32,000 nucleotides of DNA from Candidatus Saccharimonadota bacterium. Lineage in GTDB: Bacteria > Bacteroidota > Bacteroidia > Cytophagales > Amoebophilaceae. Below the pieces are notes generated by a model. That model made no database searches. It worked only from the letters and a program-made list of their open reading frames with translations, and was not told where the DNA came from. Below are positions 10,729-19,800 of the stretch, piece after piece. The stretch spans positions 480,001 to 512,000 of the forward strand of contig NZ_OW441264.1 of the NCBI RefSeq assembly GCF_936981045.1, written 5' to 3'. Every line of letters starts with the position of its first letter. Positions within the stretch are counted from its first letter, which is position 1. A program made the position numbers and the translations under genes.

Positions 10729-10969
10729 ACGTGAGTTCGGGATTAGATTATTTTTTCATTTGATAATAAATATCAATGAAAATTTATAAAATTTGTTTTA
10801 TTAGACAGTTAAATAGGTAGTTGAATAACAAATAATTCTGGTAATCAGTTTATTATATATATTATATTTATAAAATTAGATATAAAAACTTGTTAAATAG
10901 GTGCAAATATTAACTAAATAATTGATATTAAATTGTTGTAAATCAGTCAAATAAATCCCGAACTCAGGT
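10729..10969 (+). mobile_element. 241-bp MITE, copy M4 (chimeric flanks)
   Basis: The left flank is IS4 coding sequence (..CCACCTTAATA). The right flank is IS256 coding sequence (TTATATCTAACT..). No TSD. The right TIR is the variant AATCCCGAACTCAGGT. Confidence 0.9.
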
Positions 10970-11111
10970 TTATATCTAACTATTAACTACATGACTAGAA
11001 AATGGATCACCTCTATTCATAACTGGAGCGAGGCTACGGCACATTTTTTAATTAAATTTGAAAACAGAATTGAATAAAACCAAAAAAATAATTTACACAC
11101 TTAAGTGGACA
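10970..11111 (+). mobile_element. IS256-family element, 3' terminal fragment
   Basis: Translates to LYLTINYMTRKWITSIHNWSEATAHFLIKFENRIE*, a typical IS256-family transposase C-terminus. Ends in ATTTACACACTTAA, which matches the terminus at 23651-23665. Confidence 0.8.
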
Positions 11112-11466
11112 GAGACGATTTCTTGAGAACCAGGCAAGCGAACTGAGGAGCCATCTCCAGCAATAACTCTATAACCTCTCCATGTTCCATATGAGGTATC
11201 ATCTTGATAAGCTGTTTGAAGGCTTAAATCCAATAATTCTTTAAATCCTGTATGAGCAATTTTATATCTTGCCTTTGAAAAAGCTTGCTTGGATGGGGGA
11301 ATTTTAAAAGTTGATGGTTCCATAAGTTCACACTCTATACCTAAACTTTTTTTAACTAACCTCAAAATCATAGAAAATACCACTGGAAATGTAAGTTTTC
11401 TCCTGCGTGTGAAACTATTTTTTGCCAAACAATGCTTCACTGGAAACTTACGCAAGTGTATGGTAT

Positions 11467-11706
11467 ACGTGAGTTCGGGATTTATTTGACTGATTTACAA
11501 CAATTTAATATCAATTATTTAGTTAATATTTACACCTATTTAACAAGTTTTTATATCTAATTTTATAAATATAATATATATAATAAACTGATTATCAGAA
11601 TTATTTGTTATTCAACTACCTATTTAACTGTCTATAAAACAAATTTTATAAATTTTCATTGATATTGATTATCAAATGAAAAAATAATCTAATCCCGAAC
11701 TCACGT
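11467..11706 (-). mobile_element. 240-bp MITE, copy M5
   Basis: 16-bp TIRs. 6-bp TSD TGGTAT (11461-11466 and 11707-11712), confirmed against the uninterrupted IS4 leader of copy C (30663-30680). Confidence 0.92.
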
Positions 11707-12008
11707 TGGTATCTTTAATTCGTAAAATAAGATTTTTCCCTTTCTCTACCATGTCTTTATATAAAAAAGTACATTTTAAACTTTATTCATCAAATAATAC
11801 AGAGGGAAAGTCTTTTTTATAGAATTAAAAGACAATTATAGGTAGATACTTGAAGGGAAAAATCAAACAATACTAAGCAAATAATTACTCATATTTTCCC
11901 TTAAGTTGACGCCATTGCTTGAACAGATACAAAAGCGAATGGATAAAGTAAAGAAGTCATACCACACCCTATCAAGCAATGGATTTGGGTAGCAGCTAAG
12001 GCAACGGA

Positions 12009-12887
12009 TCATTGGGCTTGCCACCTTTTTAAGCAAATAGCAAGACTATGTTGCCAGTGGGGAATCTTTATCTGGAATACTTCTCGAAAAGAAGACTTGC
12101 TTAGTACACTGTAGTAAGGCCTTTTAAGATCTACTACAGATGATGATAGGGGCATCAAGGAACATCTATTTGAAAAGGTAGTTACAATGGCATAGGCAAA
12201 ATCATACCAACTGGCTACGCCCTCATTGGTGTAATGATAAATACCCGAGGGGTAGTGCTCTGGATTATGTTTGGCCATTTTTTCAATAATCTCCCAAATG
12301 GCGGTTGCCAGGTCATAGACGTAGGTAGGACTGCCTATTTGGTCATCGACCATTTGAATGGTGCGTCCTTGCTGGGCCAATGCAGCTATTTTTGTAAAAA
12401 AATTATTACCCTTTTCGCCATACAACCATGCCGTTCGAATGATATAAAAATGGGTAGCCTGTTCAGCTACCAGCTGTTCACCAGTTCGTTTGGATCGCCC
12501 ATATTGATTCAGTGGATCAGTAGGATCATCTGGCCTTAATGGACGCCCTATGGTCGCACCAAATACATAGTCTGTTGAAATGTGGAAGAGTACAACATGG
12601 TATTTTGCAGCTAATGCAGCCAAGTGGCCCGCACCTATACTATTTACTTTAAAACAGCTTGCTACTTCTTGCTCTGCCAATTGCACATCGGTACAGGCTG
12701 CACAGTTTATGATGTATTGGATTGCATGTGCTTTGAGGTAAGACTCTATTTGATCTGGATCGGTAATATCCAGCACGGACTTACTGCAAAACAGTGGTGC
12801 AAGTAAGGAATAGGCTTTGAAGGTAGCCTGTAATGCACCACCTAACAGCCCTTCTGAACCAGTGATTAAAACACCAGGGATAGCCAT
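12009..12887 (-). CDS. rfbD: dTDP-4-dehydrorhamnose reductase
   Basis: 292 aa. N-terminal Rossmann motif LITGSEGLLGG, and the RmlD-type ISTDYVF ... YGRSKRTGEQ catalytic region. Confidence 0.85.
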   Translation of the reverse strand: MAIPGVLITGSEGLLGGALQATFKAYSLLAPLFCSKSVLDITDPDQIESYLKAHAIQYIINCAACTDVQLAEQEVASCFKVNSIGAGHLAALAAKYHVVLFHISTDYVFGATIGRPLRPDDPTDPLNQYGRSKRTGEQLVAEQATHFYIIRTAWLYGEKGNNFFTKIAALAQQGRTIQMVDDQIGSPTYVYDLATAIWEIIEKMAKHNPEHYPSGIYHYTNEGVASWYDFAYAIVTTFSNRCSLMPLSSSVVDLKRPYYSVLSKSSFREVFQIKIPHWQHSLAICLKRWQAQ

Positions 12888-12908
12888 TTAATGATATGGT
12901 TGTATGCC

Positions 12909-13125
12909 TTTTTGCTTGATCAAAAAGTAACACAATATCAGGCCTATCCTTAAAGCTGGAAAATCAGAAGCCGTCCCGCACCCGCACTAAACTGATGTTT
13001 TCCCTCTTTAAGGGTAACCTTCCTACTAGAAACTCTTTACAAGAGGCGGTTTTTCTTATTGATAGGCAGAATAGCCAGAAGGAGAAAGTGCCACTTCTGA
13101 ATAGTGTCTACTGCTTTTCCTTACT
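12909..13125. repeat. Unclassified intergenic repeat, copy R-b
   Basis: Shares with 25140-25345 the stretch TTTGCTTGAT.AAAAA ... CTTAAAG.TGGAAAATCAG..CCGTCCCG ... CTGAT.TTT ... TCTTTAAGGGTA ... TACAA.GG ... TTCTGAATA. Imperfect hairpin between 12949-12967 and 12992-13012. Confidence 0.55.
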
Positions 13126-13131
13126 CCAGGC

Positions 13132-13437
13132 TTAAACTTTAATTTCAACCTCTACACCACTAGGTAGTTCTAGCTTGGTTAAGGCATCTACTGCTTTTGA
13201 GCTGCTAGAGTAAATATCTATCAATCTTTTATGGGTACAAAGTTGAAATTGTTCCCGTGACTTTTTATTTACATGTGGAGAACGCAATACCGTATACACT
13301 TCTTTCTTACCTGGAAGCGGAATAGGACCATTTACTACTGTTTTTGTAGCTTTTACAGCTCTAACGATGCTATCTGCCGATTTATCTAATAGGGCAGCAT
13401 CGAATGATTTAAGTTTGATTCGAATTTTTTGATTCAT
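13132..13437 (-). CDS. rpsJ: 30S ribosomal protein S10
   Basis: 101 aa; IRIKLKSFD ... [19 protein letters not shown] sequence. Confidence 0.97.
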   Translation of the reverse strand: MNQKIRIKLKSFDAALLDKSADSIVRAVKATKTVVNGPIPLPGKKEVYTVLRSPHVNKKSREQFQLCTHKRLIDIYSSSSKAVDALTKLELPSGVEVEIKV

Positions 13438-13461
13438 ATATTTGGTTGCTATGATAGGGTA

Positions 13462-15603
13462 CTATACCGTTATGCCTTTTGCTTTATTAATAATGGCTTC
13501 TGCTAAATGTTTAGGGACTGGTTCATAATGCGAAAAAGTTAATGAAGCAGAGGCTCTACCCGAGGTAATGGTTCTAAGATCTGTAACATAACCAAATAGC
13601 TCTGCTAATGGAACAACTGCTTTAACAATTTGTGCGCCACCTTTACCATGCATTCCTTTCATAACCCCTCTTCTTCTATTGAGATCTCCTGTTACAGGGC
13701 CTGTAAACGAATCGGGGGTAGCTATTTCTACAGACATAATGGGCTCCAAAAGTACGGGAGAAGCTTTCTGTGCAGCTGCTCTGAAACCAGCTCTAGCGGC
13801 TAATTCGAAAGATAAAGAATCTGAGTCAACCTCATGATAGGAGCCATGAAAGATTTTAACCCACATGGATTCTACAGGATAGCCGCCCAATGGACCATTC
13901 TCCATAGCTGTTGTAAACCCTTTTTGAATAGCTGGAATAAACTCTTTAGGAATAACCCCTCCAACAATCTTATTCACAAATTCCAATCCTGGCTTTACTG
14001 ACTCTCCTTCAACTGTTTCCCTAGGCCCTATCTCAAAAACAATATCGGCAAATTTACCCCTGCCGCCTGTTTGTTTTTTGTAGACTTCTTTGTGCTCCAC
14101 TGTAGCAGTGAGTGCTTCCTTGTAGGCAACTTGTGGGGCACCTTGGTTGATTTCAAGTTTAAATTCGCGTTTCAGCCGGTCAATAATAATTTCTAGGTGT
14201 AGTTCACCCATGCCTTTTAAAATGGTTTGACCTGTTTCATGATTGGTTTCCATGCGCAAGGTTGGGTCCTCTTCCATGAGCTTGGCAATAGATAGGGTTA
14301 GCTTATCCTGATCTGCCTGTTTTTTAGGCTCAATCGAATAACCGATTACGGGTTCTGGAAAGGTGATGGCTTCTAGTATAGCTTTCTGTTTTTCACTGGT
14401 CAGCGTATCGCCTGTTTTAATTTCTTTAAATCCTACTACTGCACAAATATCTCCTGCTTGTACCGCGCTAATTGGATTTTGTTTATTGGCATGCATTTGC
14501 ATCAAACGAGCAATTCGTTCTTTTTTGCCAGTTCTATTGTTGTAAACGTAGGATCCAGCATCTAGAGTGCCCGCATAGACACGCAAAAAGGCAAGCCTAC
14601 CGACAAAAGGATCCGTTGCAATTTTAAAAGCTAGTGCCGTAAATGGCTCACTATTCTCTGGCTTTCTTAACATTACTTCTCCTGTATCTGGATAGGTACA
14701 TGCTACTGGGGGTAAATCTAGTGGAGAGGGAAGGTAGGCACACACTGCATCCAATAGCGCTTGAACTCCCTTATTTTTAAAAGCAGAACCGCAGAGCACA
14801 GGAGAGAAAGAGAGGTCGATAACCGCTTTGCGAATGGCTGCCCTGATTTCATCTGGTGTAATAGCATCTGGCTGATCAAAGAATTTTTCCATTAATGCTT
14901 CATCGTAACTGGCTACATTTTCAATTAGATTTTGACGCCATTCCCCAACTGCCTCTACTAAATCGTCGGGAATAGCTATTACCTGGTAGGTCATGCCTAA
15001 GTCATGCTCGTCCCAAACGATCGCTTCATTGGTAATCAAGTCCACTACCCCTTTAAATGCCGTTTCACTACCAATAGGAATTTGCAATGGAACAGGATTA
15101 GCCCCTAGCTTTTCCTTGATTTCATGTAGCGCATTAAAAAAGTTGGCACCGGCTCTATCCATTTTGTTTACAAAACAGATACGGGGTACCCTATATTTGT
15201 CAGCTTGACGCCAAACTGTTTCAGATTGGGGTTCTACACCAGATACGGCACAAAATAAAGCAACTGCACCATCCAAAACACGCAAAGAGCGCTCTACCTC
15301 TACTGTAAAATCCACATGGCCAGGTGTATCGATGATGTTAACTTTGTAAGTTTGCGTCTTATCACTTGCTTTTCCTTGTATGGTAGGATACTTCCAAAAG
15401 GTAGTAGTGGCAGCAGAGGTAATGGTAATCCCGCGTTCTTGTTCTTGAGCCATCCAGTCCATTACAGCCCCTCCATCATGTACTTCACCTATTTTGTGGG
15501 TTAGGCCTGTATAATATAGAATGCGCTCAGTAGTAGTTGTTTTACCAGCATCAATATGCGCCATGATGCCTATGTTTCTTAAAAAGGTTAGTTCATTTGC
15601 CAT
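13462..15603 (-). CDS. fusA: Elongation factor G
   Basis: 713 aa. G1 motif [15 protein letters not shown], then DTPGHVDF and NKMDR. Full five-domain length. Confidence 0.98.
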   Translation of the reverse strand: MANELTFLRNIGIMAHIDAGKTTTTERILYYTGLTHKIGEVHDGGAVMDWMAQEQERGITITSAATTTFWKYPTIQGKASDKTQTYKVNIIDTPGHVDFTVEVERSLRVLDGAVALFCAVSGVEPQSETVWRQADKYRVPRICFVNKMDRAGANFFNALHEIKEKLGANPVPLQIPIGSETAFKGVVDLITNEAIVWDEHDLGMTYQVIAIPDDLVEAVGEWRQNLIENVASYDEALMEKFFDQPDAITPDEIRAAIRKAVIDLSFSPVLCGSAFKNKGVQALLDAVCAYLPSPLDLPPVACTYPDTGEVMLRKPENSEPFTALAFKIATDPFVGRLAFLRVYAGTLDAGSYVYNNRTGKKERIARLMQMHANKQNPISAVQAGDICAVVGFKEIKTGDTLTSEKQKAILEAITFPEPVIGYSIEPKKQADQDKLTLSIAKLMEEDPTLRMETNHETGQTILKGMGELHLEIIIDRLKREFKLEINQGAPQVAYKEALTATVEHKEVYKKQTGGRGKFADIVFEIGPRETVEGESVKPGLEFVNKIVGGVIPKEFIPAIQKGFTTAMENGPLGGYPVESMWVKIFHGSYHEVDSDSLSFELAARAGFRAAAQKASPVLLEPIMSVEIATPDSFTGPVTGDLNRRRGVMKGMHGKGGAQIVKAVVPLAELFGYVTDLRTITSGRASASLTFSHYEPVPKHLAEAIINKAKGITV

Positions 15604-16074
15604 TTATCTCAAGTTAAAATGTGAGAAGGCTCTATTCGAACTTGCCATTTTATGGGTATCTACTTTACGTTTGAAAGCCGCTCCTTCTTCTTTAGCAGCG
15701 GCAATAATTTCATTGGTAAGCCTTTCTTTCATAGTCTTTTCCCCACGGGATCTTGCATAATCAATCAGCCATTTCATGCCTAAAAATATCTTTCTATCTG
15801 GTCGTATTTCAATGGGAACTTGAATGGTAGCTCCCCCAACTCGTCGACGTTTGACTTCTAAAATAGGGGTTACATTATGGAGCGCCTTACGCCATATCTC
15901 TAATCCCTTTTCTTTTGTTTTCTGAGAGACTAATGCAATGGTATCATAAAAGATGCTAAAAGCAAGGCTTTTCTTGCCTTGTTGCATTAATCCGTTTACA
16001 AACTTAGTTACCAACGGATCTCCATATTTATAGTCAGGTATTAATACTCTTTTTATAGCTTGTTTTCTTCTCAT
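15604..16074 (-). CDS. rpsG: 30S ribosomal protein S7
   Basis: 156 aa. The stop codon directly abuts the fusA ATG (TAAATG). Confidence 0.97.
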   Translation of the reverse strand: MRRKQAIKRVLIPDYKYGDPLVTKFVNGLMQQGKKSLAFSIFYDTIALVSQKTKEKGLEIWRKALHNVTPILEVKRRRVGGATIQVPIEIRPDRKIFLGMKWLIDYARSRGEKTMKERLTNEIIAAAKEEGAAFKRKVDTHKMASSNRAFSHFNLR

Positions 16075-16181
16075 ATTATTCCTTTCACTGAAATTAATGT
16101 TTTAGCGTAGTTGCTTAGATCCCTACTGTATTCTATTACCCTATATAACCAATTAGGATAATCAGCATATACATTAAACTT

Positions 16182-16559
16182 TTATTTTTTCTTAGGCTTC
16201 TTGGTTCCATATACGGACCTTGCTTGACACCTTCCACTAACACCTGAAGTATCCAACACACCACGAATAATAGAGTAGCTTACACCTGATAAGTCTTTTA
16301 CCCCTCCGCCTCTAATCAGAACGATAGAGTGTTCTTGTAGGTTATGGCCTTCCCCAGGAATGTAGGCATTTATTTCTTTACCCGTTGTTAGGCGTACTCT
16401 AGCTACTTTTTTCATAGAGGAGTTTGGCTTTCTTGGCTTCATAGTATAGACTTTGACGCATACGCCCCTTCGCTGCGGACAAGATGAAAGCGCTGGAGAT
16501 TTTGAAGAAGAAGAAGGTTTTTTTCTCCCTTTTCTTACTAGCTGCTGTATGGTTAACAT
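16182..16559 (-). CDS. rpsL: 30S ribosomal protein S12 (atypical at conserved accuracy residues)
   Basis: 125 aa. [10 protein letters not shown] ... [13 protein letters not shown] ... [10 protein letters not shown]. See the finding on substitutions. Confidence 0.95.
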   Translation of the reverse strand: MLTIQQLVRKGRKKPSSSSKSPALSSCPQRRGVCVKVYTMKPRKPNSSMKKVARVRLTTGKEINAYIPGEGHNLQEHSIVLIRGGGVKDLSGVSYSIIRGVLDTSGVSGRCQARSVYGTKKPKKK

Positions 16560-16762
16560 GTATTGCTTATAATTTTTGTTCTAAACCTAGAGATGTGCAA
16601 ATTTAAAAAAATTATGGGCCTTTATCAAAACCTTTGACCGCTATTTGCGGCCTATTAAAGGCCTATCATATGAAGATAGCTATTAATATTGATTATTTCT
16701 AATAATAAATATATCCTGCTCATAGCATACTTTGCTTAAAGGTTAGGTGCGTAACCATCTTA

Positions 16763-17003
16763 ACGTGAGTTCGGGATTTATTTGACTGATTTACAAAAAT
16801 TTAATATCAATTATTTAGTTAATATTTGTACCTATTTAACAAGTTTTTATATCTAATTTTATAAATATAATATATATAATAAACTGATTATCAGAATTAT
16901 TTGTTATTCAACTACTTATTTAACTATCTAATAAAACAAATTTTATAAATTTTCATTGATATTGATTATCAAATGAAAAAATAATCTAATCCCGAACTCA
17001 CGT
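16763..17003 (-). mobile_element. 241-bp MITE, copy M6
   Basis: 16-bp TIRs. 5-bp TSD TCTTA (16758-16762 and 17004-17008). Sits 204 bp upstream of the rpsL start. Confidence 0.92.
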
Positions 17004-17084
17004 TCTTATGCATTAGTACGGGTTTTGTCGCGTTTATTCTAAAAAATCATTATTTTAGTATCTGCAGTTAAAAAAGTAGTTATT

Positions 17085-17457
17085 ATGTTTAATATTTCGC
17101 CCAAATTATTACCTTATTTTAAGGGCTATTGTTCTTCAGCAGAAGTCATCCTGTTATTTGTCTAGATGAAGTATCGTTTTTCCTTGAGCTATAGAGATTT
17201 GGAAGAGATGATGCGTATGAGAGGCACAAGAGTTGATCATTCTACGCTACAAAGATGGGTTATTAAGTTTGTTCCTCTTAATAGATGAAGCAGTAAGCAA
17301 AAGAAAACGACCAGTTGGTGGTAGTTGGAGAATGGATGAGACCTATGTTAAACTAAACAGGAAGTGGATCTATTTATATAGAACAGTAGATCGTTATGGT
17401 GATACAGTTGACTTTTTTCTATCTGAGCATAGAGACAAGTCTGCAGCTTTTGCTTAG
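17085..17457 (+). pseudogene. IS6-family transposase, multiply disrupted
   Basis: In-frame TAG at 17163-17165 (the same position as in copy 1). One extra A near 17283 relative to copy 1 causes a frameshift. There is an internal deletion between ..GCAGCTTTT and GCTTAGTTTT.. relative to copy 1, followed by the intron. Confidence 0.85.
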
Positions 17458-17472
17458 TTTTAAGTGTTTTAA

Positions 17473-19431
17473 GTCTGCAGCCATTGCACGCCGGCACAGG
17501 TGTGCAACAAATGGGGTGTAAGTCCCCTGACTCTAATTTGTCTATTTCGGGAGTCTAGCAGGAGGTTGGATTTGTGGGGTGATTCACAGGTTTAAGTTAC
17601 CTTTAAATGCATCTGCAAAATAGCGGGCTGCAACAAAAGTGAACCTAAATTAGCCTCGTTAAGCCGTTTAAGCGCATTTGCCGACTATCTAGTGGCTACA
17701 GGAAGGCTGATAGTAGGATGGAAAAAATAGACCATGACCATCATACAAGTGCCGGGGTGTTAGGGGTTGCACGCTATGAATGTTTCACATCGTAGTCCGG
17801 GAGATCTGATATGAATCCAGTAGGCCACTGGAAACTTTATTGTATAAGTAAAGCGAAATCAATAAGGGTGATATCAGAAGTCCGCGGGGTCTATAATACC
17901 GTTCGTATTGATTGGGAAACCACTCAAGAGGAAAGGGACCCTACTTCAGTTAACGAGTTTAAAAGAGTTGAGAATGTCTGATTGCCCTAAAGCTATGAAC
18001 GGAACATTAAAAGTTCAGCAACTCCAAAGAACTCTATATCTCAAATCCAAGCAATGTAAGGAAGTCAGATTTTATAGTATATATGATAAAATTTATCTAA
18101 AAGATGTACTTTGGGAAGCTTGGCGTCAAGTCAAAGCAAATCAAGGTTCAGCAGGGATTGATGGTAAAAGCATAAGTGATATAATAGATCAAGGTGAGGC
18201 AAAGATTATCAATAAATTGCAGCAGCAACTACGCGCAAAGCTATACAAATTTACCTCAAGCAGGTTGGTAGAAATACCCAAAGCTAAAGGTGGAACAAGG
18301 CCACTAGAGGTAATGACCGTAGAAGATCTCATAGTGCTCACAGCAATGAAAATAGTCATTGAACCGATCTTCGAAGCTGATTTTCATGAATGTTCATACG
18401 GCTATAGACCGAAACGAGGAGCCAAACAAGCGAGTTTAGTGATCCGAGAAGATCTATACCAGCAGGCATGGGGCGTAGTTGAGATTGATTTTCAATCATA
18501 CTTTATTAGCATCCCACATGAAAAGTTATTAAAACTTATTAGTAAAAGGATAGCAGATGGCAGTATGTTGAAGCTAATTAAACAAACCCTAACAACGTCA
18601 ATAGTAAAACAAGGTAAAATTACATGCAAGAAAGTTGGAGTACCGCAAGGATCACCAATATCACCGTTGTATAGTAATATCTACCTAAATGTTATAGACC
18701 AAGTGTGGCACTCAAGGGGGTATCCAGAAAAGCTAAGCGCAACCTTGCATAGGTATTGTGATGATGCAATTTTGGTATGTCGTAAGAGTGCTAGCTTAGC
18801 GCTGGAGAAATTCACAGAATTAGTAAGGAGGTTATCGCTCATTATTAACCACCAAAAGACACGAATAACGAAACTGAAAGAAGGCTTTAACTTCATAGGT
18901 TTTTACTTTGTAAAAAGAAAGAGTCCAACAAGTGGCAGAAATAGCATTTATGTATTTCCAACGAAACAATCCCAACAAAGCATCCGTAACAGACTAAAAT
19001 ACCTGACTTGTAGAAAAGCACCAATCAAACCTCAAACATTCATCGAGCAAATAAAACCAGTAGTGTTAGGATGGGTTAACTATTTTAAACATACGAATTC
19101 CAGTGAAGCTTTTGTTAGATTGCAGAACTTTATTAATAACCGATTTCGCAGATACTTAACCCATAGAAGAAAAGGCCGTGGGTGTGGGTGGCAAAGCTAT
19201 CCCAATAGCAAACTCTATACAATGGGGATGTTGTACATTGGTAGTGGAATGATTAAGTATCCTGAGAGAGTTGTGCAAAGTTTATGAAGAAGACTGTCGG
19301 ACCGCCCTATTCGGGAAAACTGAACGTACCTTAGGATGAGAAGGGAATGGGTAAACAATGAAGAATCAAGTTAGTCAGCTACTGTATTGCGAGCAATCAG
19401 AAGCAATAGATATGCTTAATTTTAAGTGGTC
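17473..19431 (+). mobile_element. Group II intron (copy 2, apparently full length; boundaries approximate)
   Basis: About 500 nt of relatively GC-rich structured sequence lies upstream of an RT/maturase ORF, and about 140 nt downstream. The 5' part is shared with copy 1. I could not place the GUGYG 5' end or domain V by eye, so each end is uncertain by tens of nt. Confidence 0.7.
17974..19287 (+). CDS. Group II intron reverse transcriptase/maturase
   Basis: RT blocks are present (GIDGKS, RPLEVMTVEDLIVLTAMK, GVPQGSPISPLYSNIYL, YCDDAILV in place of YADD), with a maturase X-domain-like LGWVNYF. No obvious HNH endonuclease tail. The track ORF starts at a TTG (17908); the ATG at 17974 is more plausible. 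Confidence 0.88.
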   Translation: MSDCPKAMNGTLKVQQLQRTLYLKSKQCKEVRFYSIYDKIYLKDVLWEAWRQVKANQGSAGIDGKSISDIIDQGEAKIINKLQQQLRAKLYKFTSSRLVEIPKAKGGTRPLEVMTVEDLIVLTAMKIVIEPIFEADFHECSYGYRPKRGAKQASLVIREDLYQQAWGVVEIDFQSYFISIPHEKLLKLISKRIADGSMLKLIKQTLTTSIVKQGKITCKKVGVPQGSPISPLYSNIYLNVIDQVWHSRGYPEKLSATLHRYCDDAILVCRKSASLALEKFTELVRRLSLIINHQKTRITKLKEGFNFIGFYFVKRKSPTSGRNSIYVFPTKQSQQSIRNRLKYLTCRKAPIKPQTFIEQIKPVVLGWVNYFKHTNSSEAFVRLQNFINNRFRRYLTHRRKGRGCGWQSYPNSKLYTMGMLYIGSGMIKYPERVVQSL

Positions 19432-19800
19432 CAACCATTTCTTTACTCTAGACCATTGTAGAGATAGAAAACATTCCTATGATTCAAAAAGGACAAGTAA
19501 TCGGAGCTAAAAATCATCTTTCTACTTTTGAGAATTTTGTTATGCTAATGGCCGAATAATAACCAATATATATCCAAAACTTCACTTAAAAGAAAAGACG
19601 TTACTAACGAAAATATAGACGCGACAGAACCAGACCTGGGGGCTCAATGTATTTAACGGTATCTAATAGCCAACCTTGTGGCGGCCTTTTTCCAGGTCTT
19701 TTTTTCCTCTATAAACATACGGCTTTAGGGTAGTTTTTTAAACTTAACCTAGCCTAACCTAATAAAAGATCAAGCTCTATAGGCTACGCCAAAGCATCTC

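Larger units (their letters stand above)
10308..11917 (-). mobile_element. IS4-family insertion sequence, copy B, internally deleted and carrying nested insertions
   Basis: Both terminal IRs are present (10308-10328, 11898-11917), flanked by a 9-bp TSD CTTGAACAG (10299-10307 and 11918-11926). Contents are the transposase C-terminal part (10337-10728), MITE M4, an IS256 3' fragment, the transposase N-terminal part (11112-11455), MITE M5 and the 5' leader. Confidence 0.9.
17021..19636 (+). mobile_element. IS6-family element (copy 2) carrying a full-length group II intron
   Basis: Termini GGTTTTGTCGCGTTTATTC (17021-) and GACGCGACAGAACC (-19636) are inverted. Transposase N-terminal coding lies at 17085-17457. 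The C-terminal remnant (..TIVEIENIPMIQKGQVIGAKNHLSTFENFVMLMAE*) lies at about 19432-19559. No flanking TSD. Confidence 0.82.

Noticed and set aside
14363-15760. ORFs at 14363-14545, 14993-15208, 15316-15504 and 15521-15760 on the + strand.
   Set aside because: They lie entirely antisense to fusA/rpsG, have low-complexity composition, and show no recognisable motifs. They are shadow ORFs.
16560-16762. A Bacteroidetes-type promoter (TTTG ... TAnnTTTG) upstream of rpsL.
   Set aside because: TTTG and TAGGTTTA-like elements are present, but at the wrong spacing. No site meets the consensus well enough to call.
19288-19431. Attempt to identify group II intron domain V/VI and the exact 3' splice site. 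One candidate is the hairpin CTGTATTG-CGAG-CAATCAG around 19381-19399.
   Set aside because: The candidate lacks the canonical AGC triad context, GNRA loop and 2-nt bulge. I cannot place domain V reliably by eye, so the intron boundaries are left approximate.
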